Shown one piece after another: positions 1 through 8,821 of a stretch of DNA of 64,000 nt. Within the stretch, counting starts at the first letter, position 1. Every line of letters begins with the position of its first letter. The stretch lies in IMG/VR virus record IMGVR_UViG_3300023174_000124, positions 1-64,000 of that record. The stretch is one strand, 5' to 3'. A program made the translations under genes and the position numbers. This stretch comes from a virus. Below the pieces are notes generated by a model. It searched no databases. It was not told where the DNA came from and worked only from the letters and a program-made list of their open reading frames with translations.

Positions 1-167
1 GTGAAACCTAAAGAGATTAAATATATCAACAATATCATGTAAATTTTATTTGAGTCCCTAAGATAATTATGGTATAAACTATTTGATCAAATGAATCCCT
101 TTTAGTTTTTACCTTTCTTCTGAAAGGGGCAATTATTTGTTTGGTTGAGTTGAAAAACAATGGAGAA

Positions 168-233
168 TGTAAGTTATTTTAACTTGTAAAAATGCCACTT
201 ATGGTGATGGGAGTTCAAATCTCTCACTTACAT
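168..233 (+). ncRNA. tRNA-like element with truncated anticodon arm
   Basis: Acceptor stem TGTAAGT/ACTTACA, D-arm TTTT-AACTTGTA-AAAA, T-arm GGGAG-TTCAAAT-CTCTC. The anticodon arm is reduced to GCCA-CTTA-TGGT. Lies 7 nt upstream of tRNA-Glu. Confidence 0.55.
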
Positions 234-240
234 TCTTTAA

Positions 241-314
241 GTTCCTATCGTCTAGCTCGGTCAGGACACCGCCCTTTCAAGGCGGTAACACGGGTTCAAA
301 TCCCGTTGGGAACG
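241..314 (+). tRNA. tRNA-Glu (anticodon TTC), CCA not encoded
   Basis: Acceptor GTTCCTA/TGGGAAC, anticodon stem CCGCC-CTTTCAA-GGCGG, T-arm ACGGG-TTCAAAT-CCCGT. Confidence 0.96.
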
Positions 315-362
315 ATACTATATCTATATTATATCTCCCCCTTATAATAAAGGAGATATATC

Positions 363-794
363 ATGAATATAAAAATAATAGCTGAATCTAGACAAGAAGA
401 AATTCTCTACACCCCCCACCATATAAATTATAACCTCACAGGTTATACAAGAATAACTATTGTTAGGACTTACCATATAAGACACTGCGCTAAAAAAGAT
501 ATGGATTATATTTTATCTCTTTCAGATATTCAATTAGCTTACTTCTTTTATGGTAATGAAACTGCTTGGAAGACTCTATTTAGAAGTAGAGAACCTGATT
601 ATGTAGAATTTGAACATTCTACTATGCTTATATTAGATAAAAACCAAACAAGTGGCTATTTTGACATTAATGTAAATGTAAGCTGTACTTTTATACTATA
701 TGTTAAAGAAAATCCTAATTTAGATTTCTTACCCTTATTCTATTTTACTATGGCAACTCTAATTATCATGCTCTTGGTTTATCTCTTTTATTGA
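363..794 (+). CDS. hypothetical protein with C-terminal transmembrane segment
   Basis: 143-aa ORF, AAGGAG RBS, hydrophobic C-terminus. Confidence 0.75.
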   Translation: MNIKIIAESRQEEILYTPHHINYNLTGYTRITIVRTYHIRHCAKKDMDYILSLSDIQLAYFFYGNETAWKTLFRSREPDYVEFEHSTMLILDKNQTSGYFDINVNVSCTFILYVKENPNLDFLPLFYFTMATLIIMLLVYLFY

Positions 795-1033
795 TATTTC
801 ACCTTATCAAATGGAACTACCATATATTCACTTGTAATCTTATTAAAGAATACATATTCTTCTTCAGCATAAATATAACTATTACTCCCACACCACACCT
901 CTAAAATCAAATCAGGTGTCTTAACTACATTATAATCAATACCATCTTCTATTATTAAAGGCTGATATATCTTATCTTCATATAGACCATCTACACTTAA
1001 CTTTATAACTTCACAAGGTAATATCATGTACAT
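788..1033 (-). CDS. hypothetical protein
   Basis: 81-aa ORF overlapping the stop of the giant gene; true start may be the ATG at 1027. Confidence 0.65.
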   Translation of the reverse strand: MYMILPCEVIKLSVDGLYEDKIYQPLIIEDGIDYNVVKTPDLILEVWCGSNSYIYAEEEYVFFNKITSEYMVVPFDKVKYQ

Positions 1034-4000
1034 CTTTTCTTCCTCAGAATGAAATATAATAACAATATTACCATTTCTATTCCTAGTGTTAAAGTTTTAC
1101 TATTACACCCACTAGGATTTCCCCTAAATCTACTTAAATTCAAATCATCTGTTATCACAGAATCTTGAACTCCCATATCTTTAACTTTATAATCTTTCTC
1201 CACCACCCTATTATCTCTCTCTTCTACTCTATAATCTCTATCTTCTACCTTATAGTCTTCCACTCCTTTATCTTGAACTACTATGTTTTTATTCAATATC
1301 CTTATTCTAAATCTCTGTTCTGTCCTCCCACCATCTCTTGTGACATAACCCTCTGTTCTATGTGTATCTTCTGCTATTAAGACTATACTAGCTTCACCAC
1401 CACCTAAATTATCTGCCACTTCCCATTCTAAAGACCATGCCCCCTCTTCTACACTTGTCTTTAATTCCATTGTAGTAGGTGCACCTTGACCTAATAAAAC
1501 TTCTATTGTATCAGTCGCTCCTTTATCTACCACCCTTATATCATATTTATACTTATTACCTGCTACTACTACACTATCAGGCACACTTATAAATTCAGGT
1601 GCTACATTCTCTACATGAACTCTTATTCTTGATATTACACCATTATGGTTTAATGATATATCATAAATCCCATCATCTTCAAATACATAACCTATTTCAC
1701 TACCATACAAGTCTTCACCATTGACTCTCCATGTATATGCCATATCTCCATTATTCTCATTATTAGAACATCTAGCATAATCTACTTTAACTGCACTTAA
1801 ACCCTCAGCCTTAAACCATACACAATCACCTTCAGATACTTGTATATTATCCACCCCATTTTCCCACTCTTCTATTTCAAAAGTTTCTATAAATGTAGTT
1901 TCTACACCTGACCAAGTATCTAATACTTTCACCGATATTGTATATACTCCACTTCTATTAAGTAAATAGGTAGTCCTATTACTTCTCCTATTCTCATATT
2001 CCCATGTGCCGTCATTATTTAAATCAAAACTATATCTTAAGTCTTCAGTATCAGACTCATTTACAAAGACTTCAATCCAAGCTGTATTTCCTATTTGATT
2101 TACATATAGGTTATCTAGTGTAGGTTCTCTATCTGTGATAATAATATCTTTTACAATCTCATTAGATTCTAAGTTATTCTTATAACCTTTCACCTTTAAA
2201 GTATATGTGCCTATATGACTATATATATGAGTAGTGAGATTATTTATAACACCATCACCCCAGTCTACAATATAATTTGTAGCATCTGATTCTATTCTTA
2301 GTTCTATATAACCACCAGCTTCTACTATCTCATTTACAGATGTAATACTAGGATTATTTTCACCTAGTATTTCTACACTTTCTATAACTTCTATACTTGA
2401 CCATGTATCTATAACTCTTACGGAGACAATATGATTAGTCAATATATCTAAAGGCTGTATTAAATTATTAGATGTTTCATTAACAATTTGTCCATCTACT
2501 TCCCATATATAAGTTAAGAGACTAGTATCTCTATCAATAGCATTACATAAGAATATATAGACATCTTGACCTTTAAAGTGATTTAGAGTGACTTCGGTGG
2601 GGGTGTCCGCAGTGACCACTGAAATAGCCATTTCACTATATTTTCCTAGTATATCTTCTACTCTTACTACTACATTTTGAGGGTTAGGTGAGTAATTTAA
2701 TTTTATAATATCACCTATAAGTTCAATTCCATCTTTATATATAGAATAAGACCATTGTTCCTCATCAGTAGCTTCTACGATAAAACTGACTAAACCACCA
2801 TAACCGACTAAGGTAGTGATATTGTTTATAACAGGGGCTAGATTTTCTCTATATGAGATTTCTTCAAGAGTTAAAGAAACTTCCCCACCACGACTATCTG
2901 TTACTTTTACAATAGGATTATAGGTGTTATAGTCAGTATAGTTATATAAAAAGATACCATCATTATTGTTTAATACAGCACCATCACCTGTTTCTAAAGT
3001 ATAGGTTAAGCTATCTTTATCAGTAGCATTTATAATAAATAAGACTTGCCAATCACTTTTTATTATACGGACACCCTCTATTATAGGTAATTCATTTCTA
3101 GTGTTAAATAACTCCGTTATTACCTTCTCTAAACCTAAGTTGTCTTTCACCTTAATATCTATATCAGTAAAGTCAGTGTTTGTCTTATAGGTATATGTAT
3201 TAAGACTGCCATTAAATACTTCTATAATGCCATCTGTGTTTATATCTATTGTATAGGATAAATAAGTAGCTAAAGGTAAATTACTAAAAGGTATATCTAA
3301 AGTGCTTATATCTACACCATCACTACTGTCTACACTAAATAAACCACTTCCCATAGAATCAAGATACTCTGTTTCATAAGGACTTGTTTCAAAGTGATAT
3401 ACATTCCCTTGATATATAAAATCAGTAGATAAGAATAGATCATAGTCATAAATATCTACACTAGCTTTAATTTTAACAATAGGATTAGGTGTAGCAAATA
3501 TATCTACTTTATACCACCCATTACCTATTTCAGTATTTACTACATCTAAGACAATAGGAGGTAAATTAAGGTGTTCTATATTAGGATTAGATATAGCAGG
3601 TGGTATATTAGGGATTTCAATATATATAGTCTTTTCACTATATAAACCACCCTCGTCAGTAGCTATAATTTTTATAGAGTCTATTCTAAAACCATCACCA
3701 TTAGGTGTATAGGTATATAAGAGGTCATTAACTTTAGTTAGAGTGCCATTACCGAATATAATTTCACCTATCGTAGTGACATTTAAGTTTTCTGGGTCAG
3801 TTGTACCACTAAGGTCAATAAGAATATTATCACTTGTATAAACAAGATTAGTTTCAGTAGAGATAATAGGAGGTAGGGTGTTAGGTAAGACATTTATAGT
3901 CATAGAAGAGTAGCTACATAGAGAGCAGTCTTTATTTTCAATATCATCTTTACATAAATTAGTCCATTGACCGTCATCACAGACTTTAAAAGGGATGGTG

Positions 4001-6189
4001 ATTTTATCAAGTGTAGTATTTAGTGTTATAGTGATAGGATTAGATATTGTTTCATAAACACCATCACGATCAGTATCATAAGAGATTTCGGTGATAGAGT
4101 CTTGAATACCTTGAGGTCTAGTAGTATCCCCAGGAAATGGTGATTGAGAAATATCTGAGTCGTAGGAATTAGAAGCATCAAGAGTTAAGGGGGCTTTATT
4201 ATATGCTGTATAGGTATTAGGTACAGCGATAGGGGCATGGTTAAATTTAGAGATTTTGATTTCAACGGAGTCTGAGTCTTCAACGATACGACCTAGATTA
4301 TCTATAGTTTGTAGGGTGATTTTTTGTTTTTTAATTTCACCCCAAGCGACATCTTGAGTATAGGTGAAAGAGAAAGTTTGGTTTAAGTCAGTAGTGGTGA
4401 AGTCCCAGATTATCTCATTTGGGTCAACAATGTTGTTATTATTAAGGTCTTCATTGCAGTTATTAGTGATGTCTATGGAACAATAAGGAAGACTAGGAAG
4501 AATATAATCAATAACATTCCACCTGAAAGATGAAATAGATACTTGAGGGTCCAGAGAATAAGACCAGCTATGATCGTAAACAACAGGTGTATTAGGAGAT
4601 ATGAGTTGAGGGGATGCTTTTGCATAGGGTTGTACCTCTAGCCAAGATTGGATAATTTGAGCAGTGACAGCAGTTCGTTCATTAGTAGAAAAAGAACCTG
4701 CCCAGGGCCAGTTCCCTGCCCAAGTCCAAGTCCCATTATTAAGTTGTTTTGAAGCACCATTAGAGTTTTTAGTGTTATTTTTGCCTGTAATAAAGAAGTC
4801 TATATACTCATTTGCCCAATGAGTTCCATTAGGTAAATAAGTTATTTCTGGAGTAAACGACCTAAGACCCTTTGTAGTAGCATAGACATAGTATAAACCC
4901 CAATGGTTACTATCAGTAAGATACCAAGATTGAATTGCATTGACAGAACTAGATACTTGAGCATTTGTATTTATCTCCTCATTTTCAGTCCATCCATAAC
5001 CTACAAGGGTATTACCTGCTAATTTAGTGCCTGGTCCGTCATAAGCACAAACACCATTAGGGCAGTGTATGGATAGCCATGTTCGTTGTTTATTTTTAAA
5101 AGAATCGTAATCTATATTATAGAATTTTCTTTTAAGGAGTCTGATAGCTTCAGGTGCCCAGCCATTAGTCGAAGCATCATCCGTTACACCTGTCATATTC
5201 ATACAAGTATAAAACCAAGCACCATCAGAAGTAGTACATTGTAATAAACCATCAATAAGATCTTGACCTATATTTTTAAGGGTGGTGTTATATATACCTG
5301 CACGACCTACAGGTGATATATAATCAGGATTACCAAAGTTAGCGAGAGGTTCAGCCCAAGCAGTAGACTCGTAACTTGCCCAAAAGAAAGCATTAAGATT
5401 ATTCAAAGCTACAAATTCCATACCTTTACTAGGAGTGCCTAAAGTATCAGTATCGGTGAAACCTATATTTTTAAGTTGCATAGTAGCAAGTATAGAGTGA
5501 AGACCACATTGAGTTAAGTTTCTATAATAAGGGTCATTATCTCTATTAGCACCATAACCATGACCTCTTCTGAGAAAGACATTAAGGGTGTGTCCTGTAG
5601 TATAGAGAGTTTGATTACCAGGAATATAACAAAGGTGTTCATCATGTAGGAGAGAGTCATTAGTTTTATGTATAGCTTGTCTAAATAGATACCACATAGA
5701 ATTATCAATGGCTCTGTTAGAATACATTTTACGAGTGTAGGATAAATTACCATCATTGCCACAATTAGCATTATTAGGGTCGTTTATATAGTTGGTGCAT
5801 ATACCGTCAACGATAATTTCAATGGGGTATGTAGCAGTAGCTATTTCTTGACCACAAGTAACTTCTACTTTAGGGAATATATAGGTATTACCGAGAGCAT
5901 TAGGGAGGGTGGTTTCGAGGTGGAGAGGTGCGAAGTAGGCATTTTTGTTAATAGAGATAGGGTTCTCATTAATGTCATTGAAATCACCATCAGCATTAAT
6001 ATCCCATCTGTAAGAGTAAGAGTTGCAATTACCACCTTCAGCAATAGCTTGTAAATGGGTGGGGAGACCATTAAGAGCTATGTGGGGGATATTGGGGTTT
6101 GATTGCACCCAGGGTATGGGTGTAATAGAGAGTGGTGTTGCTAGTAGGTGTATAGGCAACACTAATAGCAGAGGAAGTAGTGTTTTCAT
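1024..6189 (-). CDS. giant secreted/surface protein: signal peptide, alpha/alpha-barrel (squalene-cyclase-like) region, multiple PKD/Ig-like repeats, C-terminal MYXO-CTERM-like sorting signal
   Basis: N-terminal MKTLLPLLLVLPIHLLA. PKD-type motifs YSYRWDINADG, YIVDWGDG, YSFDLNNDGTWE, YVFEDDGIY. Barrel-type motifs DGAWFY and KQLNNGTW. C-terminal SGC, hydrophobic stretch, RKKR. AGGAG RBS. Confidence 0.8.
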   Translation of the reverse strand: MKTLLPLLLVLPIHLLATPLSITPIPWVQSNPNIPHIALNGLPTHLQAIAEGGNCNSYSYRWDINADGDFNDINENPISINKNAYFAPLHLETTLPNALGNTYIFPKVEVTCGQEIATATYPIEIIVDGICTNYINDPNNANCGNDGNLSYTRKMYSNRAIDNSMWYLFRQAIHKTNDSLLHDEHLCYIPGNQTLYTTGHTLNVFLRRGHGYGANRDNDPYYRNLTQCGLHSILATMQLKNIGFTDTDTLGTPSKGMEFVALNNLNAFFWASYESTAWAEPLANFGNPDYISPVGRAGIYNTTLKNIGQDLIDGLLQCTTSDGAWFYTCMNMTGVTDDASTNGWAPEAIRLLKRKFYNIDYDSFKNKQRTWLSIHCPNGVCAYDGPGTKLAGNTLVGYGWTENEEINTNAQVSSSVNAIQSWYLTDSNHWGLYYVYATTKGLRSFTPEITYLPNGTHWANEYIDFFITGKNNTKNSNGASKQLNNGTWTWAGNWPWAGSFSTNERTAVTAQIIQSWLEVQPYAKASPQLISPNTPVVYDHSWSYSLDPQVSISSFRWNVIDYILPSLPYCSIDITNNCNEDLNNNNIVDPNEIIWDFTTTDLNQTFSFTYTQDVAWGEIKKQKITLQTIDNLGRIVEDSDSVEIKISKFNHAPIAVPNTYTAYNKAPLTLDASNSYDSDISQSPFPGDTTRPQGIQDSITEISYDTDRDGVYETISNPITITLNTTLDKITIPFKVCDDGQWTNLCKDDIENKDCSLCSYSSMTINVLPNTLPPIISTETNLVYTSDNILIDLSGTTDPENLNVTTIGEIIFGNGTLTKVNDLLYTYTPNGDGFRIDSIKIIATDEGGLYSEKTIYIEIPNIPPAISNPNIEHLNLPPIVLDVVNTEIGNGWYKVDIFATPNPIVKIKASVDIYDYDLFLSTDFIYQGNVYHFETSPYETEYLDSMGSGLFSVDSSDGVDISTLDIPFSNLPLATYLSYTIDINTDGIIEVFNGSLNTYTYKTNTDFTDIDIKVKDNLGLEKVITELFNTRNELPIIEGVRIIKSDWQVLFIINATDKDSLTYTLETGDGAVLNNNDGIFLYNYTDYNTYNPIVKVTDSRGGEVSLTLEEISYRENLAPVINNITTLVGYGGLVSFIVEATDEEQWSYSIYKDGIELIGDIIKLNYSPNPQNVVVRVEDILGKYSEMAISVVTADTPTEVTLNHFKGQDVYIFLCNAIDRDTSLLTYIWEVDGQIVNETSNNLIQPLDILTNHIVSVRVIDTWSSIEVIESVEILGENNPSITSVNEIVEAGGYIELRIESDATNYIVDWGDGVINNLTTHIYSHIGTYTLKVKGYKNNLESNEIVKDIIITDREPTLDNLYVNQIGNTAWIEVFVNESDTEDLRYSFDLNNDGTWEYENRRSNRTTYLLNRSGVYTISVKVLDTWSGVETTFIETFEIEEWENGVDNIQVSEGDCVWFKAEGLSAVKVDYARCSNNENNGDMAYTWRVNGEDLYGSEIGYVFEDDGIYDISLNHNGVISRIRVHVENVAPEFISVPDSVVVAGNKYKYDIRVVDKGATDTIEVLLGQGAPTTMELKTSVEEGAWSLEWEVADNLGGGEASIVLIAEDTHRTEGYVTRDGGRTEQRFRIRILNKNIVVQDKGVEDYKVEDRDYRVEERDNRVVEKDYKVKDMGVQDSVITDDLNLSRFRGNPSGCNSKTLTLGIEMVILLLYFILRKKRCT

Positions 6190-6249
6190 AAAAACTCCTG
6201 AGAAAAAAGATACTTAAAAGTAGGGGTGAAATAAATTTAAAAAAATAAT

Positions 6250-6277
6250 TTGCAAGAATATAAAAGTATGCTATATA
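6250..6277 (+). promoter_or_regulatory. sigma70-like promoter (TTGCAA-16-TATATA, TGn extension)
   Basis: Near-consensus boxes about 35 nt upstream of an intrinsic terminator. Confidence 0.4.
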
Positions 6278-6312
6278 TGTGTATATAGGCTTTGAAGAGA
6301 ATATTAGCTTAT

Positions 6313-6350
6313 AAGGTCTAGTGTTTTAAGTAGCACTAGACCTTTTTTTT
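6313..6350 (+). terminator. rho-independent terminator
   Basis: AAGGTCTAGTGTT-ttaagt-AGCACTAGACCTT stem followed by a T run. Confidence 0.85.
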
Positions 6351-6399
6351 ATTTATATGTTTGTAATTGTATATACTTTTAAAAGAGGATTTTAAAAAA

Positions 6400-6648
6400 A
6401 TGAATCGTAGACAGTTACAAATGAGAATAGCTAATTTGAAAGCAGAATTAGAAGATATAAAAGCAGAACTATATGCTGAAGATATTTTAGGTGTAGGAGC
6501 GAATGAACACGCAGGATGGCAATATGGGGAAGGATACTTCCATGATGGAAAAACAAATGATGCTAAAGCTAAACATGAGTATAATATTAATTATTATTCA
6601 ATCGATGAAAATAAGAGTAAATTTTGGGGTGTAAAAGGTAAAAAATAG
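6400..6648 (+). CDS. small hypothetical protein (RIA-type N-terminal tag; ELYAEDI motif similar to 49872..50693)
   Basis: ATG at 6400 after an AGAGG RBS; MNRRQLQMRIANLKAEL. Confidence 0.7.
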   Translation: MNRRQLQMRIANLKAELEDIKAELYAEDILGVGANEHAGWQYGEGYFHDGKTNDAKAKHEYNINYYSIDENKSKFWGVKGKK

Positions 6649-6677
6649 TTGACTTTTATGTTAGCTGTGTTTATTAT
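6649..6677 (+). promoter_or_regulatory. sigma70-like promoter TTGACT-17-TATTAT
   Basis: Near-consensus boxes with a 17-nt spacer; predicted +1 about 6684-6685. Confidence 0.6.
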
Positions 6678-6684
6678 CATATCT

Positions 6685-6773
6685 GTAGCTTACTATCGTC
6701 TATGATAGGTTTTTCCTCTCACTCTGATATATGGTGAGGCTACGAGAAATATATCACTTACTTTAAAGTAAGT
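6685..6773 (+). ncRNA. putative structured ncRNA (three-way junction plus pseudoknot, 3' palindrome)
   Basis: P1 GTAGC/GCTAC, P2 CTATCG/TGATAG, P3 CTCAC/GTGAG. Loop TGATATAT pairs with downstream ATATATCA. Followed by an 18-nt palindrome ACTTACTTTAAAGTAAGT. Confidence 0.55.
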
Positions 6774-6774
6774 T

Positions 6775-6816
6775 AGTTAGTAGTTATCAGTTAGTAGTTA
6801 TCAGTTAGTAGTTATC
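6775..6816. repeat. 3 x 14-nt perfect tandem repeat AGTTAGTAGTTATC
   Basis: Units at 6775-6788, 6789-6802 and 6803-6816. Confidence 0.95.
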
Positions 6817-7108
6817 CGTTATCAGTATATGCTAAGTATTTAGTAGCTATGTCTAAAACAGATTGTGTTTTCTCTTCCAAAAAAGCACAATCTGTTTCCA
6901 TGACTCTATTGTGTGCAATCAATAAAATATTAAATTTCAAATCATCTTCACCAACAAATAATAAATACTTATTTGCTATATCTATTATTTCATATGTCAT
7001 CTCTTCTTCCGAGAGTTCATTAGCTGTGCCTTTATATATACTTAAAACTAAATCTTGTGCTATATTCAATAATTCAAGTTTTAAAGTAGAGAGTTCAAGA
7101 GAATCCAT
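6812..7108 (-). CDS. hypothetical protein with internal two-fold repeat
   Basis: ATG at 7108 after AAAGGA. Halves LKLELLNIAQ...IDIANKYL and LKFNILLIAH...LDIATKYL. Confidence 0.75.
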   Translation of the reverse strand: MDSLELSTLKLELLNIAQDLVLSIYKGTANELSEEEMTYEIIDIANKYLLFVGEDDLKFNILLIAHNRVMETDCAFLEEKTQSVLDIATKYLAYTDNG

Positions 7109-7169
7109 TGATGTTATCCTTTTATAAAAAGTGTGTATGTATATATAATACATAAAAGGAATATCTAAA

Positions 7170-7649
7170 ATGGAAACTATGGCACAAAAAATAGCAAGAA
7201 TTTATATTGCTAAGAAAAAAGATCAAGGTCTTCCTAAAAAATACCTTAGTGGTTTTAAAGGTAAAGAGAGGACAGAGAGAGCTAAAGAAATAGCTAAAAG
7301 AAAAAATGAGACTGACCCTAAGAAATTATATAAACCCTTTAAGTCAGATGCTGATGCTACTACTAGAAAAAGCCAATATAGTAAAACAGAAGTTGCTGAG
7401 AAAATCAGAGAAGAACTTAAAGGTACAAGTAAAAAAGATTACTTAGCAGCCGCTTCTAAAGTTTCAGGTGTAAGTAAAAGTATTTTAGAACAAGTATGGG
7501 ATAGAGGATTGAAAGCATGGACAACAGGACATAGACCTGGTGCTACTGCTCAACAATGGGCAATAGCTCGTATATATAGTTTTTTAAGTGGTGGTAAAAC
7601 ACAATCTACTGCCGATAAAGACCTAGCCGAAGAAGCAGGTCTTATTTAA
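7170..7649 (+). CDS. DUF5824-like protein (GHRPGA motif)
   Basis: RGLKAWTTGHRPGATAQQWAIARIYSF...TADKDL, a motif typical of this viral family. Confidence 0.7.
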   Translation: METMAQKIARIYIAKKKDQGLPKKYLSGFKGKERTERAKEIAKRKNETDPKKLYKPFKSDADATTRKSQYSKTEVAEKIREELKGTSKKDYLAAASKVSGVSKSILEQVWDRGLKAWTTGHRPGATAQQWAIARIYSFLSGGKTQSTADKDLAEEAGLI

Positions 7650-8044
7650 CACCATTCAATTATAGAGATTGTAGTATATTTAGATCGTCTTTTATCTATC
7701 CATTCCAAAGCATTAGTATCTGATTCTTTCATTGATATCTTTAATCCTTCTTGAGTTAGCCACACCCATACATTTAAATCATTCTTAAAATGAAACCTTG
7801 TATCTTCTAATAATTCTTCAATTTCATTAAAAGACATATACAACCTTGTTTCTTCGGATTTTCCTAATTCTATTTCATTGGATTTACTTTTAAAAAACCA
7901 ATCTTGAGAATATAGTTTTTTTCTTAACTTTAAATCACAATCTAATATATAAGACTCTTGTTCTTTAGTGGGTATATCTAAACCTAAATTAGTATAGAGT
8001 TTTTCTACATCTTCAAATTTTTTTATAGTTAAGTAGATTATCAT
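7646..8044 (-). CDS. hypothetical protein
   Basis: 132-aa ORF coupled to the upstream gene. Confidence 0.7.
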   Translation of the reverse strand: MIIYLTIKKFEDVEKLYTNLGLDIPTKEQESYILDCDLKLRKKLYSQDWFFKSKSNEIELGKSEETRLYMSFNEIEELLEDTRFHFKNDLNVWVWLTQEGLKISMKESDTNALEWIDKRRSKYTTISIIEWC

Positions 8045-8253
8045 TCTTCTAACTCAAAGTCAGTATTCATAAATAGAGGACTATCTTCATGATAAGGTAA
8101 AGACCTTAATATATTATACTCAAACCAATCAAAAGCATCTTCTCTATTTAATTCATATAAGGTTTCTAGGACAAGATAGATAGCTTTATCAGTGCCATAA
8201 CATACACCAACAACACACGAGTCAAATTCTGATCTTGGTTCAAGTAGCATCAT
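8041..8253 (-). CDS. conserved small phage protein
   Basis: FDSCVVG...EDAFDWFEYNILRSLPY...PLFM pattern, common in phage hypotheticals; AAAGGA RBS. Confidence 0.7.
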   Translation of the reverse strand: MMLLEPRSEFDSCVVGVCYGTDKAIYLVLETLYELNREDAFDWFEYNILRSLPYHEDSPLFMNTDFELEE

Positions 8254-8283
8254 TTTATTATATCCTTTTTTTTCATAGAATTT

Positions 8284-8496
8284 TTATTCTTTAGGTGCAA
8301 GGTATACATTCGGTTCTATTTTCCAATCCAACTTTATTAAACTTCTTGCAGTCATTAAAGAAATAGATTTTCTTAGAGAAACTATGTCTTTTTCTAAATA
8401 AAAACCACAAGGGTGTGCTTTCATTTTATAAGGTAAATAAAAACATAGAAAGTTGCTTTGTACATAATTACCATTACAATTAAACCAGCAAATCAT
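8284..8496 (-). CDS. hypothetical protein
   Basis: 70-aa ORF in an operon-like run. Confidence 0.55.
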   Translation of the reverse strand: MICWFNCNGNYVQSNFLCFYLPYKMKAHPCGFYLEKDIVSLRKSISLMTARSLIKLDWKIEPNVYLAPKE

Positions 8497-8500
8497 TTTA

Positions 8501-8737
8501 TTATATCCTTAGTTTAATAGCTTTATTTTGCCATTTTTCTTCCCATTGTTTATAATCTCTAAGGGAATGTATAAATTCAATATACCATATAAAAAAGAAG
8601 ATGATATAATGAATAAGACTAATCCACATAAGAGTAAGACTTTCTTTATTATATTTGAAATACAATTCATCTACTTTAATACAGCAATAAACCCATCCTA
8701 ATAAATATACACAGATAAAACCTATAAAGATATCCAT
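8501..8737 (-). CDS. small membrane protein
   Basis: Two hydrophobic segments; AAGGAG RBS. Confidence 0.75.
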   Translation of the reverse strand: MDIFIGFICVYLLGWVYCCIKVDELYFKYNKESLTLMWISLIHYIIFFFIWYIEFIHSLRDYKQWEEKWQNKAIKLRI

Positions 8738-8759
8738 CTTAATTTCTCCTTAAAATAAC

Positions 8760-8784
8760 AAAGCCCTCTTTTTAGGAGGGCTTT
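8760..8784 (-). terminator. intrinsic terminator downstream of the Hc1-like gene
   Basis: AAAGCCCTC/GAGGGCTTT stem with T-rich tails. Confidence 0.75.
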
Positions 8785-8821
8785 ATTAACGAAAAATCCA
8801 TACTGAAGGAGCAAAGGTTTA

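Noticed and set aside
97-160. Hairpins upstream of the tRNA-like element
   Set aside because: Short AT-rich stems at the window edge with no recognisable motif; not enough support for a call.
6723-6749. CTGA...GAAA as a hammerhead ribozyme core
   Set aside because: The sequence is CTGATAT, not CTGANGA, and the stems do not fit hammerhead topology.
6775-6816. 14-nt repeats as a mini CRISPR array
   Set aside because: The repeats abut with no spacers and are too short; no cas gene is present.
7110-7166. Hairpin covering the RBS of 7170
   Set aside because: Explained by two divergent genes with mirror-image AAAAGGA sites, so it was not counted in the hairpin set.
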